A stretch of 64,000 bases of DNA from Pseudovirgaria hyperparasitica (Eukaryota). The position numbers and the translations under genes were made by a program. The notes under the pieces are model-generated. The model was not told where the DNA came from. It did not search any database and was given only the letters and a program-made list of their open reading frames with translations. Positions 1 to 11,888 of this stretch are shown here, in pieces; position 1 is the first letter of the stretch, and each line of letters begins with the position of its first letter. The stretch lies in assembly GCA_010093815.1 (NCBI GenBank), contig ML996587.1; one strand, 5' to 3'.

Positions 1-3
1 GAC

Positions 4-126
4 TATAAGGTTATAGTATATAAGAGCTATAAGGTTATAATAGATAGAGGTTATAAGGTTATAATAGGCGGAGATTATAAGGTTATAATAGACGGGGATT
101 ATAAGGTTATAGAATATAGAGCTATA
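4..126. repeat. Degenerate tandem repeat, about 24-bp unit, about 5 copies
   Basis: TATAAGGTTATA core recurs every 23-24 bp with variable spacers. Confidence 0.75.
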
Positions 127-1702
127 ATTATATGCCTCTTCTTATACTTAGAGATAGTTTTTCTATAATATATAGTTTTCTATACTATAGTACGTACCTA
201 GTTATAGATATAGTATAGTACCTTTATCTCTATATACTCTACTACTCTTTTCTATACTACTAGGAATTTATCTACTATCTTATTAATAATCTTATATACT
301 CTTTTTACGCTAAGCTTATTCTTAGTTTAATACCTATAGTCTATAAGTAGAGTAGCTATATATACTTCTATATATAGCTACCTTATATATATCTCTATAG
401 CTTTATACTTTACTTATATATCTAGACTTAAGATATAAAGTAGTACTATAGTAATTACTATATTTAGATAGTTACTTTATTATAGAATTAGATTTAATAT
501 ATTAATTATATATAGTTAATATATATAGTTAATATAGTGTTTATAATTTACGGACTAATTATATAGTATATATATAGTATATTATAGATATAAGAAAGAT
601 AGAGATATAGATTAGATAATAGAGATAGAAGCTAGAATAATAAGGTATCTACTAGGTAAAACTTATTTATATTCTTATTATTTCTTAAACACGCGTTTAT
701 AATATATATATAACTTAGTATAGCGTGGTTAGGCGTGTAGTTATTTACTTTATATTATCTAATACCCTTAATAGAATAAGATAGCTATAATTCTTATCTT
801 ATAATATTATATTATAGGTAACTACGTCTAGAATAGTATATAACTATATATATATATAAGGTACCGCGTTAGTCTTATTCTATTTTATATTTATATACTT
901 ATCTCTAGATACTCTCTAAGTATTATATATCTATATTTTATTATATTTAAGTATTATATTCTTCTATACTTTTAAAGTATATGATATTTAGGTTTACTAT
1001 ATTCTATATATATTATAGTTAAAGTCTAAAGGTAGAGGCTATAATTAGAGTATATGTTTTTTTATATTTTCTCTTTAGATAGTAATATCTTCTAATATAA
1101 AGGCTAGAAGTAGTTTTAAAAGTATAAAGGGGATAACTAAAGGAAGTCTATATTATTAGGCCGGGGCTTATAGTAGATATAGAATTATATTTATTTCTTA
1201 ATTAGTAGATACTAGTTAACGTACCTAGTAGCGCTATACTATCTAATAGTATATCTATACTAGAGTAGATATAATAGAAATACCCTTAATAGGTCTTTAA
1301 TAGAGCTAAACTATCTATCTAGTAGAATATTATAACTATATCTAAAATAGATATAGAGGTATACTTACTAAGAAGCCGTAACTAAGTAGCCCTAATATAT
1401 AAGTCTAATTATATACTATTACTAATTAACTTCTATATCTTTATATATAGTAATACTACTATCTTAGTTAGTATTCTCGTAGTCTCTATTATTCTAGCCG
1501 CTAGTAGTTACTTTATTAGTAGTATTAGCTCTAGTAGTATTAGCTCTAGTAGTATTAACTAGATTATTATTATTTATATATATAGGTAATTTAGTACGAC
1601 TAGAATAATAACGCTAAGTATAGCTAGTAGTCTTATAATTATAATATAATATATCTATAAGCGTCTTGGATTTAGGGTAAATATTAGCTTTATAGCTAAT
1701 AT

Positions 1703-1930
1703 TATTAGAACTTAGTCTTAGGTAGAACCCGATCTATACGTACCTTAGCTAATAGGGTTAGGAGGTGACGTAAAGGGTGGTAAATAGTCACGTACTAGAT
1801 AGATCGGCGTCCCTTTATATATATACTCTCGGATTTCTACTAAAAGGGTTCGGTGTTAATTCGTTCTATAATAGAATACACCCTATTATTCTATCTAACT
1901 ATACTACTATCTAATAACCCTATTCTTATA
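1703..1930 (+). repeat. 5' LTR, Gypsy family A
   Basis: TATTAG...CTTATA (RIP of TG...CA); matches 9341-9568 and the reverse complements at 19960-20187 and 27059-27286. Confidence 0.92.
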
Positions 1931-3580
1931 TTCGAATTACTCTCTATATAGTACTATAGTTAAGATAGTCTAACTAGAACCGAGAAGGTCGACACGATCT
2001 ACTATAGGGATAAGTAATACTATATTAAATAATAGAGATCCTCTATAATTAGTATTAATCCCAACCGTTTCTAACCGAGAAGTAGAAATGTTAGACTAAA
2101 TTACGGAGCTTTTAGACGAAGAAATGGTAGATACGCCGAGTAACTTCTAATAATATAAAGCCGGATAACGAGTCGTGGCGGAGCTATATAAGGTATTATA
2201 ATAAACTATCGCCGAACTTTAGAAATACGTCGCGAATTAGGCTCGAGAGATTTAAACTCTTAAAGAATAGGTAGAACGCGCGAAACTCCTCGTAAAGAGA
2301 TAAGAACTTAAGGAGTCTCTTAAAGAACTACGCCGAATAATAGTAGGTGGACGACTTCCTATACTAATTTAGGCGGAATTAGTTCACCTACCATTAGAGT
2401 TATAATAATCTACCGTATACCCGGCCGCTTCGTTACCGATTTACTCTACTTCTTCCCTAGATATACTAAAATCTAAAGACCTAACTATATTTATAGGGAA
2501 GAACTAAAAGGAGTAGAAAGACTAGAAGAGAGACTACGAAAAGTACTTCCTTAATAACCCTCTACTCTTTTCTACTAAAGTATAATATATTTCGTTTGGA
2601 GAACGATACCTAGACTTATAATCCCGCGATTAATAGGATAGATAGAAGGAAGTATAGCTACTATATACGATAACCTAGGAATATTTAGCTATATTTATAC
2701 TAAATACCCTCGGAACGGATAGAGAACGTAAAAGAAAGGTACTATCTAAGTTAAGAAGCGTAGTATAACGACCGAACTAGNNNNNNNNNNNNNNNNNNNN
2801 NNNNNNNNNNNNNNNNNNNNNNNNNNNNNNNNNNNNNNNNNNNNNNNNNNNNNNNNNNNNNNNNNNNNNNNNNNNNNNNNNNNNNNNNNNNNNNNNNNNN
2901 NNNNNNNNNNNNNNNNNNNNNNNNNNNNNNNNNNNNNNNNNNNNNNNNNNNNNNNNNNNNNNNNNNNNNNNNNNNNNNNNNNNNNNNNNNNNNNNNNNNN
3001 NNNNNNNNNNNNNNNNNNNNNNNNNNNNNNNNNNNNNNNNNNNNNNNNNNNNNNNNNNNNNNNNNNNNNNNNNNNNNNNNNNNNNNNNNNNNNNNNNNNN
3101 NNNNNNNNNNNNNNNNNNNNNNNNNNNNNNNNNNNNNNNNNNNNNNNNNNNNNNNNNNNNNNNNNNNNNNNNNNNNNNNNNNNNNNNNNNNNNNNNNNNN
3201 NNNNNNNNNNNNNNNNNNNNNNNNNNNNNNNNNNNNNNNNNNNNNNNNNNNNNNNNNNNNNNNNNNNNNNNNNNNNNNNNNNNNNNNNNNNNNNNNNNNN
3301 NNNNNNNNNNNNNNNNNNNNNNNNNNNNNNNNNNNNNNNNNNNNNNNNNNNNNNNNNNNNNNNNNNNNNNNNNNNNNNNNNNNNNNNNNNNNNNNNNNNN
3401 NNNNNNNNNNNNNNNNNNNNNNNNNNNNNNNNNNNNNNNNNNNNNNNNNNNNNNNNNNNNNNNNNNNNNNNNNNNNNNNNNNNNNNNNNNNNNNNNNNNN
3501 NNNNNNNNNNNNNNNNNNNNNNNNNNNNNNNNNNNNNNNNNNNNNNNNNNNNNNNNNNNNNNNNNNNNNNNNNNNNNNNN

Positions 3581-6500
3581 TATAGACCCGATCGTTACTA
3601 ATCTATCTTATATTCTTATTAATCATTAATAAAGATAAGAAGAATAGTAATAATTAGGGCGAAGACACGCTATCTAACGTATATTTATAGTATACGGATA
3701 TATTTTTAGTAGAAGATACGTTACTTCTCTCTAATTACGGGCCGTATAAGCTAAAGATCGAGCTTAAAGAGGGAGTAGACGTCCCTTATAGCCTACTTTA
3801 CCTACTTTTAAGACTAGAACTTAAAGTTCTTTATAAATATATTAAAGAATACCTTAGAAGAGACTAGATACGTTATAGTATATTATTAGCTAGCGCATCT
3901 ATTCTCTTCGTAAAGAAGAAAGATAGAAATTTATATCTATACGTTAACTATTAGATACTAAATATAGTAACTAAGAAGAATCGTTATCTATTACCGCTAG
4001 TTAGTAAATCTTTAGACTAATTAATAAAGGTAAAGTACTTTATAAAGCTAGATTTACAAGATATATATTACCAGCTTCAAATTAATCACAGAGATAAGTA
4101 GAAAACCACATTTCGGACTAGATATAGTTATTTTAAGTATACTATTATACTATTTAGGCTAATAAATACGCTAGAAGCGTTTTAAGGATATATTAATACT
4201 ATACTCGTAGAATTACTTAACGTGATTTACGTAGTTTATCTTAATAATATACTAATTTACTCTAATAGTATATAGAATTATAAAGAATACGTGAAATCGG
4301 TACTAAATCGTCTAAGGTAGTATAAACTCTATATAAAATTATCTAAATATAAGTTTTACTAATAAGAAGTTGGGTTTCTCGGCTTTATTATAATATATAG
4401 CGGCCTAAAAATAGAGCTAGAGCGTGTAAAGACCATTATAGAATGGCTAGAACCTACTACTATACGTTAAATTAGAATATTTATAGGTTTCGTGAACTAT
4501 TATCGTAAATTTATTATAGGCTTCTTACGAATTATAGCGCCGCTTAATAAACTTATAGAGAATAGCGGTAAAATCCCTATAGATAGGCGAGTATAGTATA
4601 AAGCTAAGTCGGTCGGGATATAGTTAACGCTAGAAGCGTAAGATACGTTCCGATTATTAAAGAATTACTTTATAACTACGCCGATTCTTAGGTATTTCGA
4701 TTCTAAGAAGTATATTTAGGTTAAAACTAACGCGTTAGAATTTATAATTACTAGAATTATTAGTTAACCATATAAAGATACGAAAGATAAGGTATAATAG
4801 TACCCGGTTACTTTCTTTTTCTATAAAATAGTAGATATAGAGACGCGTTATAACACGTACGACTAGAAACTACTTATAATTATTAAGAGTTTTAAGTAAT
4901 AGTAATATTATTTAGAAGACTCTATATATTAGATTGAATTATTATCGGATTACGTAAATCTATATTACTTTATATTAACTAAGGTTCTTAATCGCTAATA
5001 AGTACGTTAGGCTAAGTAGATATTAATATTTAACTTTAAAATCTTATATAAAGCTAGAAGAGAGAATAAAGCTAATTCTCTATCGCGGCGTAAAGATTAT
5101 AAGAAATCGTTATAGAATAACGTAGATAGTTAGTATAAGTTAGACTATACTATACTTTAGATACTATAAGACTAGTTATCTAATAGAATACTAGAAGCTA
5201 GGATACTTTCGGCGATTCTCTACGGGAATTAGAGCGGGTATTAAGTAATCTAAATAAACATCTAAGAAACTAAGAAAACTCTTAAAGACTTAATTAAATC
5301 TACCTAGAATTCTAATATATTAGTAAAGAAAGTTATAAGCATAAAAGGAAGCGCTATAGATCCGCCGTAGTTATTAAGGTAGAAATAATAATTAGACACG
5401 ATCTACTTCTAAGGCCGACTCTACGTACTAGAAGGCGGCTTATAAATTAATATTTTAAGGGAATAGTATAATTACGCGTTAGTAGAATACTTTAGTATTA
5501 TAAGAATAGTTATTTTAATCTAAAGAATATATAACTAGCTAGGTCTTTATAAATATATAAAGGACTATATAAAAACGTATAACGTTTACTAGTATATAAA
5601 AGTATATAGATACTTACTATATAGTAAATTAAGGCTATTACCTATACTAAAGGAGATATAGAAGGAATTATTAATAGATTTTATTATAGATCTACCCCTA
5701 AGTAAGTATTTTAGATATATTTATAATAGTTTACTTATAGTTCTAGATACATTTATAAAGCTATTATACTATATCCCTATAAGGAAGATAATCTAAGTAC
5801 TAGATCTTATAGATATACTACTACGTAATATAGTCCGGCTCTATAGTATACTAAACGGTATAGTTTCGGATAGAGGTCTATAGATAATATCTAAATTTTA
5901 GAAGGATTTCTACTATACGCTAGGAATTAAGCGGAAACTTAGTACTACGTTCTATCTATAAATAGATAGATAGACGGAGTAGTAGAATTAGATAGTCGAG
6001 GCGTATTTACGCGTATATTATAACTATAAGTAGAATAACTAGGTAAGGTTAGTCTATGTCGCGGAATTCATATATAATAACAGCCGATATACGTTAATCT
6101 ACATAAGTCCGTTCGAAGTAAACTTCGGTTAGAACTATAATATATAGTTCTTAGGGACTTAGTTTAAAGTAGAACGACCTAACGTTAAAGTAATAGAAAT
6201 TACTATAGAACTATTCTAAATATAAAGAAGTATTATAAAGTTACTATAAGATACTATGGATTATAGTAAATCGCACTATAATAAGGGTAGAAAACCTATA
6301 ATCTTTAATATTAGGGATAAAGTTTTACTAAATAGTAAGAATATTTATAGTATTAGAGTAAAGAAGAAGCTTAACTATATAATAATAGATCTATATAAGA
6401 TTACTTATATAATTAATAACTAGGTGTATAAGTTATAACTCCCTTCTATATTAAAGATATATAATATATTCTATATTATACTTCTCGAGCTATTTCATAC

Positions 6501-7330
6501 CTTATTATTACTAGATTATTCTAAATAGATACTATATAAAGTAGTTACGTAAGAAGATATAGATATCTATAAAGTTAAGTAGATACTTAGCTAGTAATAC
6601 GCCGAAGATAGTATATAGCTATATAAAATTTATTAGAAAGAATATAATCCTAATAATAATAATAATAATATTATATAACTAGGTAGAGTAGTACTCTATA
6701 GGCCTATGCCTCCTCTAGTCTAAGCCACTATATAAGAAGAAACCCTATAGGGAAAAACTTCCTTATGTCTATAACTATATCTCGTTAAACCTCTATTTTA
6801 TCTTAGGTATATAGCTATAGGGTACGCCTATTAGCCTATAGCCTATATTACCGTTATTTTACCCTTAGGTAGCACGTGTAGGTGCGGAGGTTATTAGTTA
6901 AGGGCTGCCCTTAACTAATAATCGGGGTTCTCCTAGGGTTCTTCCGGTATATATCGGGTTACTACCGGCATATACCGGGTCTCTTCCGGTATATATTTCC
7001 AGGTCCACTAGTACTAGAGGAGTAGTAGATATATAAGTATCTATCGGGAGACGTCCTTAGGGTACTTATTAAGCTATTATACGATATCTAAAGTCTTCAT
7101 AACGTAGATAAGCTATTACTATTATATATGGAGATTAGGGCATATAGCTAGATAGTAGCGTATTATATCTCTCCGGCCGTATGCCTTATACTATAGGGAG
7201 GTGTCGGGAACGCCTCTCTTATGGATGTAGTATAGGAGTCCCATGGCGCCCGTTCGGGCTTAGATGATATAATCCTAATAAAGATACTTAGAAACCTATA
7301 ATAAATATTAGTAAAGTAGTAATATTAGTA
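3581..7330 (+). pseudogene. Gypsy pol relic (RT-RNase H-integrase-chromodomain), interrupted by a LINE fragment
   Basis: Motifs in Gypsy order once TAA/TAG are read as Gln/Trp: ILFVKKKD..L.LYVNY, KTTFRTRY, YLDD-like, SDRG, KKLNY..I.LY. Confidence 0.88.
6657..7265 (-). mobile_element. 5'-truncated Tad1-like LINE (about 610 bp of the 3' end) inserted in the Gypsy A chromodomain
   Basis: Reverse complement of the LINE 3' end at about 17250-17860 with a (TAA)n tail. About 15-bp TSD ATATAATCCTAATAA at 6642-6656 and 7267-7281. The empty site is seen in family A copy 2 near 22140. Confidence 0.9.
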
Positions 7331-7489
7331 TATAAGTAGCGATTAGTAAAGGAAGCTATAGAATTATAGAGAATTATACTAAAGTACGGCGATTTAATGT
7401 TTTTTAGTATAGTTTAGCGCTAAGAACGGCCGTCTAAAAGAAAGAAGGTAAAAGAGATATAGATCTTTAAAACATTTATTCTAAGGAAT

Positions 7490-7580
7490 TAAGGAACTTC
7501 CTTAGAAAGTTCGAACTTAGAACTCCCTTAGAAAGTTTAAACTTAGAACTTCCTTAGAAAGTTTAAAGTTAGAACTTTAA
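7490..7580. repeat. Tandem repeat of about 26 bp (TTAGAACTTCCTTAGAAAGTTTAAAC-like, 3-4 copies) in the Gypsy A 3' region
   Basis: Units are directly visible. Confidence 0.75.
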
Positions 7581-7899
7581 AAAATTTAACTAAAAAAGAG
7601 ACTTAGAAAAATAATTTACTAAGAGAAATAGACATTAAAAATCGGTACTAATTAGTATAGATTGGTATAGATTACTAAAGAGATTAAAGAAGTTATTATT
7701 AAAGAAAGATAAAATTAAGAAAGCTAAAAGAAAATATAAAGATCTATATAGATCTATATAAATTTATACTAATCTATCTAGAAGAAGTAAGATTACTTTA
7801 AAATTAAAACCGAAAACTAAAAACACTAGATAAAAGAAATATATTAGTACTAATTAGTATAGATCTAAACTAATTAAGTCGGAGTAGAAGTAGAAGCAC

Positions 7900-8855
7900 T
7901 AATTACTATAATAATTATATCTAACTCCTTCCGCTAGTTCTTATTTAGTATAGTATAGAGCTTTATAATATAAGTCTCTAGCCTTTTATTCTAACGCTAT
8001 AAATTCTATATAGCGCGCCTTATAGCTATAAACTCCTCTATAGAAATCTATAGAGCGGTAGAACCTAAAATAGAGAGAGATAGACTAGCGTGGGTACGCT
8101 AAGAATTATATAAATTAGTAAAAAGATTTAATAATTAGTATAGAACTATATACCTTTAGTATAGAAACTTCTAGATTAGAGCTATCTTCTCTAAATTTAC
8201 AGTCTTTTAGTATATATAAGAAAGGAACCTTAGCCTTTTTACTAGAACCTTTTCTAGAAATTTTAATATTACTAGTATATAGAAAGAAGTCTAAAGTAGT
8301 AGAGATTTTAGTACTATTATAGAGATTAATATATATTAGTAAGAATCTATAATAATTTAAGAAAAATAATATTACCTAATAATTACGGTAATAATAGCTA
8401 TAGTAGATTCTAATAAATTCTTATAGATTATATTAGAATCGTACTCTAAGATATAATCTTTACCTTAGATATATAGCTCGTAGAAAGCCTTCTCTAAGGC
8501 GTTACGATTAGTAGTACCACGCTCCTTATTAGTAGGGGTTACTAGAGGCCTAGTAGTAATCTATACTAATATAAGTAAATCTATATAAAGTTCTTCGAAC
8601 TTACTTAAATACCTATAAGTAATAACGCTTCTTAGTTATATAAGTACTATATATTATAGATTTAGTACTACCGTAAGTAATATACGACAGAAAGCAACAA
8701 CCATAATAATATATAGCTAGATTATTAGAGCCCGGCCTAGGTTAGAGTAGATTAATAGCTTTTAATATATTAGTAACGTATATAAGATAGGGATTATTTA
8801 AAGGCGCCTATTTCTATACTAATTACTTTAGAGTATTAAGATTTCGGGAAACTAT
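7900..8855 (-). pseudogene. Putative antisense, intron-containing accessory gene of Gypsy family A (Cys-rich N-terminus, coiled-coil-like C-terminus), RIP-mutated
   Basis: Minus-strand GT..ACTAA/T..AG intron-like segments at about 8561-8612, 8314-8375 and 8099-8154 separate frames that open after RIP reversal. The homologous copy keeps an ATG at 20671. Confidence 0.55.
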
Positions 8856-9340
8856 ATTATAATTACTACTAATTGATATAGATTCTTATAGATTATTATT
8901 ATTATTAGCTAAGTATACTATAAAAGTTAGTAAGCTATATAAATTATAGTAAATTATAGTAAATCTATATAAATCTATATCTATAAGAATCGGGTAATAT
9001 ATCTAATAATCTAAAAAACTCTATAAAGAGTTAAGAAGTTTTTTAAAGAAAGGAATATTTCTAAGAAAAGATTTTAATATAGGTAGTACCCGGGCTTATC
9101 TAATTATATTACGTGATACGCTAGGCCTAATTAGGTAATCTTACCTATATAAGAAGTTAGAATAGATAAAATCTAGTTTATTAGGAAAACGCTTATATAA
9201 ATCTTAGATCGGCAAATATTAGTAAATATCTAAGACGAAGCGTAGAGAACGACTAAGGTCTTACGAGACTTAGGATAGGGATATAGAGATAGATAATAAT
9301 CTAGGTCGCTAAGGGTAGCTTCCTAGAGGGAAGGGATAAT

Positions 9341-9568
9341 TATTAGGACTTAGCCTTAGGTAGGACCCGACCTATATATACCTTAGCTAATAGGGTTAGG
9401 AGGTAACGTAAAGGGCGGTAAATAGTTACGTACTAGATAGATTGGCGTCCCTTTATATATATACTCTTAGATTCCTACTAAAAGGGTTCGGTAGTAATTC
9501 GTTCTATAATAGAATACACCCTATTATTCTATCTAACTACACTACTATCCAATAACCCTATTCTTACA
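9341..9568 (+). repeat. 3' LTR, Gypsy family A
   Basis: Preceded by a PPT, ends CTTACA, 228 bp. Confidence 0.92.
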
Positions 9569-11857
9569 ATTATAGATAGACTTATAAAGATATCTAGATA
9601 TATCCCTATATAGAAGATAATTATATTAAAAGAACTAGTATAAGTATTCTAGAATAAGATTATTAAGGTCCATAGTATACTAAAAAGAATTATTATAGAC
9701 TAAGGGAGTATATTCATATCTAAATTCTAGATGTTATTCTATAAAATGGCTAGTATAAATAGAAATATATTAATAGTATTCTATCTATAAATAGATAGTT
9801 AGATAGAGTAATGGAACTAAACGCTTAAGGCCTATCTTTATATATTCTATAATTTTAAATAAGACGACTAGGCCTCTCTACTAAGTATAGTAGAATTCAT
9901 ATATAATAATAGTTATTATAATATAATAGATATTATACTCTTCTAGGCGAACCTAGAACGTAGTCTAAGGATAGATTTTAAACCTTATACGGTCTAGTTT
10001 AACCGAATAATAGATATTAATATCTATATATAGAAACTAGTAATTAAAATCTTTAAAACTATATATAACTATCGTATAATAATCTAGTAAGTAAATAAGT
10101 TATATATAAAGTACTATAATAGATTAGTTAAAGATTAAACATATAAGGAGAGATATAAAGTCCTTCTTAATATCTATAATATATAGACGTCGCGAGTAAA
10201 TAAAAAGCTTAACTATAAAATAGCTAGTCCCTTCTAAATTAAACGCTATATTAGTATAAGAGTCTATAAGCTTAATCTAGAAAATAATATAAAAGTCTAT
10301 AATATATTCTATATCTTATTACTTAAAAGGTTTTAATCTAATATATATAATTATATAAATATATAATTATACTCTATTATACCCTAAGATAGACTAGATA
10401 TATATAAAGTAGACTATATTATTAAATATAGGCTCGATAAGAATAGTATCTAGAAGTATTAAATCTACTAGAAGAACTATACTAAGGATAAGAATACCTA
10501 GGAACCTATAGTATATATCTTAAGTACCGCGATATCTATATATAAGTAGAGGTTATAGGGTAATATATTACTACTATAAACCTAGTACTATTAGGGCTAT
10601 TATAAAAAGAAGAAGAATACTATAGAAAATAAAGTATTAAGTTATAAATCTTAAACGTATACTAGGAAAACTCTATAAGATAGCCCTATAATTTAAGCGA
10701 TATATAGTTACTAAATATAAAGAAAATATAAATAACTATTATAGGCACGTAATATAATATATTATAATAGAATAATATAGAAAAGTCTAGAATAGACTAA
10801 TATAGACTATTATATATAAGAAGAATATAGAACTAAGAAACTAAAAAGGTACCCTACTATAGAATTAAACTCGCGATATATAATATAAAAAGTTAGAGTA
10901 CCTAAACTAATAACTACTAGACTACTAGTTTAGATACTCTAATATAATTTAGAGAGATAAACTAATTTATATATAATATCTATACTTAAGTAACTAAAAG
11001 GAAACTAGAACCTAGAATTTAATAGTTATAGAATAAATAGGAACGTATATAATATTATTAAGTTAAGAATTAAATTACTAGAGAACTAGTAGATAGATAT
11101 CTAAACGGTCTAAAAAGAACTAAAATAGATAGAAACTAGATAGATAGAGCTAATATATACTATATAGAAACCCTAGTAAATAGAGCTATAGAGCTACTTC
11201 TCTATCTTATTCTTCTCTTTAGAGTAAACTAACTAATCTAGATAGATAATATAGTAGTAGAGGTTAGATACCTTATTCTCTAGAGTAGATATCTAATTAA
11301 CTAGAGTCTAGTAGAAAAAGAACTACACGCTAGAACAGAGCAACTAGATCTAAAGTTAGCTAATATAATCTAGAATAATCTAGAATAGAATATATACCCT
11401 CTTATAAGGTAACTTAGAAGAAGAACTAATAGATCTCTTATAAGATCTATTAGTAGTATAAGTTAGATAGAAAGAGATACTATAAATCTCTTCTATAGCC
11501 TTAGTAGCTAAAACTAACTCCCTAGAATAGATAGTCTAGATACTAGAAATCTTATAGTGACTAAAAATTATAAGCTAAGATTAATAGTAATTAATAGTTT
11601 CTAAACTTATACTTTAATAACCAAAAACTTCTCACACCCTAACGGACTAAACTAGTCAATTCGGGGCAAAACAGCGATTTACATACATTAAACAATAGAG
11701 TATACCAAGTATAATAACCTCCGACATACGTACGTACGTATAGCGTATAATACACGACGATACCGACGTATAGAGACACTATATATATACGCTTAAAGAC
11801 TCTTTAATAATATAAGCATAGACTATATCTAATAAACGCCGATACGCTAACCCCCTT

Positions 11858-11888
11858 TTATTAGTTAAGGGCTACCCTTAACTAATAA
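11858..11888. repeat. 31-bp palindrome TTATTAGTTAAGGG-NNN-CCCTTAACTAATAA (representative copy of about 11)
   Basis: Also at 6891, 17596, 32075 (decayed), about 35717 (half), 44111, 48888, 51931, 56454, 58326 and 61951 (imperfect). Confidence 0.92.

Larger units (their letters stand above)
1703..9568 (+). mobile_element. RIP-inactivated Ty3/Gypsy (chromovirus-type) LTR retrotransposon, family A copy 1, spanning an N gap
   Basis: 228-bp direct repeats at 1703-1930 and 9341-9568. PPT AGAGGGAAGGG precedes the 3' LTR. gag-like region about 1965-2780. RT YLNN (=YLDD) about 4237-4248, RNase H KTNAL (=ETDAS) about 4723, integrase SDRG about 5866, chromodomain about 6560-7310. The flanks do not form a TSD. 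Confidence 0.9.

Noticed and set aside
4..126. CRISPR-like repeat-spacer pattern
   Set aside because: Eukaryotic context, 12-bp core with related spacers, no cas genes; a degenerate tandem repeat.
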